DNA from: Blastocladiella emersonii ATCC 22665
Taxonomy: Eukaryota; Fungi; Blastocladiomycota
Reading direction: 5' to 3'
Assembly (NCBI GenBank): GCA_025594325.1
Contig: JANHCV010000012.1
Span: 62,001-126,000 of the forward strand
Length of the DNA: 64,000 nt
Below are positions 63,598 to 64,000 of this stretch, piece by piece (position 1 is the first letter of the stretch; each line of letters opens with the position of its first letter). Under the pieces are notes generated by a model, which made no database searches, was not told where the DNA came from, and was given only the letters and a program-made list of their open reading frames with translations. The translations under genes were made by a program, and so were the position numbers.

Positions 63598-64000
63598 TCA
63601 CTCGCTTAAGTAGTACGCGCGGACAGCCTCGGCGTCAGCAGCTGCGGCCTCGCTGATGAGACGGCTAAAGTACCCGCCGCCCGCATCGCCGCTGTCCTGT
63701 CGAGCGGGGCGGAGTAGGAGGTCGTGCGGGTGGCCCGACTCAACGACGCGGCCACCATCGACGACGATGACCCGGTCGCACCCGAGATCGACAAGCGTGC
63801 GTAGGCGGTGCGCGATCGTGATCACCGTCACCGACTCCTTGGCGTATATGGCGCGGAACACGCGCCAGAACTGCTCGTCCGAGGCATACTCCATGGACGA
63901 CGTCGGCTCGTCGCTACGCGATTTCAATCCATCAGCGGGCTGTAGCGTGAGCGCGTGAGAGAAGGACGTACCACAGAAAGATCTTGGCCCGCTTCTGCCG
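63598..64000 (-). CDS. 3' end of a second, closely related ABCC transporter gene (continues beyond the window)
   Basis: Near-identical to 12950-13355, including the last intron and DEPTSSMEY..ITIAHRL. A few substitutions and one 3-nt indel. Confidence 0.9.
   Translation of the reverse strand, partial: GRSGPRSFCGTSFSHALTLQPADGLKSRSDEPTSSMEYASDEQFWRVFRAIYAKESVTVITIAHRLRTLVDLGCDRVIVVDGGRVVESGHPHDLLLRPARQDSGDAGGGYFSRLISEAAAADAEAVRAYYLSE

Overview
Eukaryotic, GC-rich genomic DNA with short GT-AG introns. Fungal-type Ras, CK1 and tropomyosin occur together with ciliary genes (DYNC2LI1, WDPCP) and a class C GPCR, which points to a zoosporic fungus; Blastocladiomycota-like is my inference. Bases 1-39.6 kb are a dense core region: DYNC2LI1, Ras, CK1, F-box/LRR, tropomyosin, ABCC transporter, GCP4, DED1, syntaxin, OCIA-like protein, VPS51, TAF10, RRP4, class C GPCR, PP1 and G-alpha. 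Bases 39.6-64 kb are an accessory, rearranged region with two main structures. (1) An 8.7-kb block (40014-48752) is bounded by 1395-bp inverted repeats, each carrying a tRNA-Gln(UUG) gene. (2) An 8.4-kb composite PIF/Harbinger unit (55153-63563) is flanked by a TTA target-site duplication. Its empty site is visible at a paralogous locus (12916-12918), and it carries intron-containing host genes (PCBD, a WDPCP copy with an in-frame stop) plus LRR ORFs. All protein identifications come from recalled motifs; no database search was run.
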